From contig CAZHRV010000081.1 of NCBI GenBank assembly GCA_964535035.1, positions 1 to 50,780 of the forward strand: 50,780 nt of DNA. The letters are read 5' to 3'. Under the pieces are notes generated by a model that made no database searches, was not told the DNA's origin, and saw only the letters and a list, made by a program, of their open reading frames with translations. Positions 49,842 through 50,780 of the stretch are shown here, piece by piece. Positions within the stretch are counted from its first letter, which is position 1. Every line of letters starts with the position of its first letter. This stretch comes from an uncultured Rikenellaceae bacterium (GTDB taxonomy: Bacteria > Bacteroidota > Bacteroidia > Bacteroidales > VadinHA17). The position numbers were made by a program, and so were the translations under genes.

Positions 49842-50780
49842 ATGAAAGATACATATACCAGCAGGAGATATGTAATAGCCGGGATCATAGTCCTTGCATC
49901 CGTGATGCTGATAATCAAATTATTTTCAATTCAGATTGTTGAAGATACCTACAGGTTATCGGCTGATAATAACGTCTTAAGATATGTAACTCAGTATCCT
50001 GCAAGAGGACTGATATACGACAGGAATGAAAAGCTTATTGTTTTCAACCAGGCGGCTTATGATCTCATGGTTGTGCCGGCACAGACAGGTAACATGGATA
50101 CCTCGTTATTTTGCCGTGGACTGGGAATTACGGAAGAATTTTTTACTGAGAGGATGAAGGCAGCTGTCAGCTATTCACTCAGGGCCCCTTCAGTATTTTT
50201 AAAGCAGATATCTGTTGAGACTTATGCCCGGTTTCAGGAAAGAATGTTTATGTATCCTGGGTTTTATGTTCAGCCGAGAACCCTCAGAAAATATTCAAGA
50301 TCCGTCGCCTCACATCTGCTCGGATATGTCAGCGAAGTGGATGAAAACATTATTAAACAGAATCCCTATTATAAACCAGGTGACTATATTGGGAAGCTTG
50401 GTATTGAAGAAGCCTATGAAAGAGAGCTGAGAGGAACACGCGGTATAAAGATCTATATGGTAGATGTTTACAGCCGAATAAAGGGATCATACGCTGATGG
50501 CAGCCTCGATACACTGGCTGTCCAGGGAGCAGATATTATTTCAACAATCGATCTTGATCTGCAGGATTATGGCGAACAGCTTATGCAAAACAAGACAGGC
50601 AGCATTGTAGCTATTGAACCGGCAACAGGAGAGATACTAACACTTATCTCATCTCCCTGTTATGATCCCGGCCTTCTGGTGGGAAGAATAAGATCGGAGA
50701 ATTATTCCAGGCTTCAGTCCGATACCCTGCTGCCTCTTTTTAACAGGGCTTTTATGGCTTCATATCCTCCGGGGTCAACC
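49842..50780 (+). CDS. mrdA: Penicillin-binding protein 2, 3'-truncated (not in ORF track)
   Basis: Manual translation: MKDTYTSRRY, TM segment, PARGLIYDRN, HLLGYV, TIDLDLQ, GSIVAIEPATGEIL, ending YPPGST at the catalytic serine motif. Confidence 0.94.
   Translation, partial: MKDTYTSRRYVIAGIIVLASVMLIIKLFSIQIVEDTYRLSADNNVLRYVTQYPARGLIYDRNEKLIVFNQAAYDLMVVPAQTGNMDTSLFCRGLGITEEFFTERMKAAVSYSLRAPSVFLKQISVETYARFQERMFMYPGFYVQPRTLRKYSRSVASHLLGYVSEVDENIIKQNPYYKPGDYIGKLGIEEAYERELRGTRGIKIYMVDVYSRIKGSYADGSLDTLAVQGADIISTIDLDLQDYGEQLMQNKTGSIVAIEPATGEILTLISSPCYDPGLLVGRIRSENYSRLQSDTLLPLFNRAFMASYPPGST

Noticed and set aside
189-50430. The many 60-140 aa ORFs in the track that are antisense to or nested in larger genes
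   Set aside because: They shadow well-supported genes, often start at non-ATG codons, and show no recognisable motifs
1-50780. CRISPR array, IS, prophage, defence island or recoded stop codons
   Set aside because: No regularly spaced direct repeats, no mobile-element or cas genes, and genes are intact under the standard code

Overview
A gene-dense, AT-rich chromosomal segment from a Bacteroidota (probably Bacteroidales) bacterium. The assignment rests on the repeated TAnnTTTG promoter elements, the lipoproteins and the gene families. In order it contains: a glycogen/alpha-glucan cluster (debranching enzyme, GT4, GH57, a 1407-aa GT3 synthase-GT35 phosphorylase fusion, and a convergent branching enzyme); ribF-ahcY; a Rieske-like lipoprotein; a basic secreted protein; greA-HIT; comF; ruvC with an S41 protease; serS; rplU-rpmA; DUF151-thyA-folA; tRNA-Leu-tig-clpP-clpX; tatC-lptB; recQ; GT2 and GNAT genes; carA and carB separated by an oppositely oriented argR-argG-argH unit; an uncharacterised lipoprotein plus a TerB-like/ABCG-type transporter followed by rsmA; an orphan MacB-type permease; and purH-mreBCD-mrdA (truncated). 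I saw no CRISPR array, transposase, integrase, prophage or rRNA. The best candidate for an under-described system is the lipoprotein + TerB-ABCG module (39742-43739). Next are the synthase-phosphorylase fusion, the eukaryote-like ArgG inside the split carAB locus, a terminator in the greA leader and a 3Cys-1His Rieske-like lipoprotein. All calls come from reading motifs by eye; no database search was run, so novelty is unverified.
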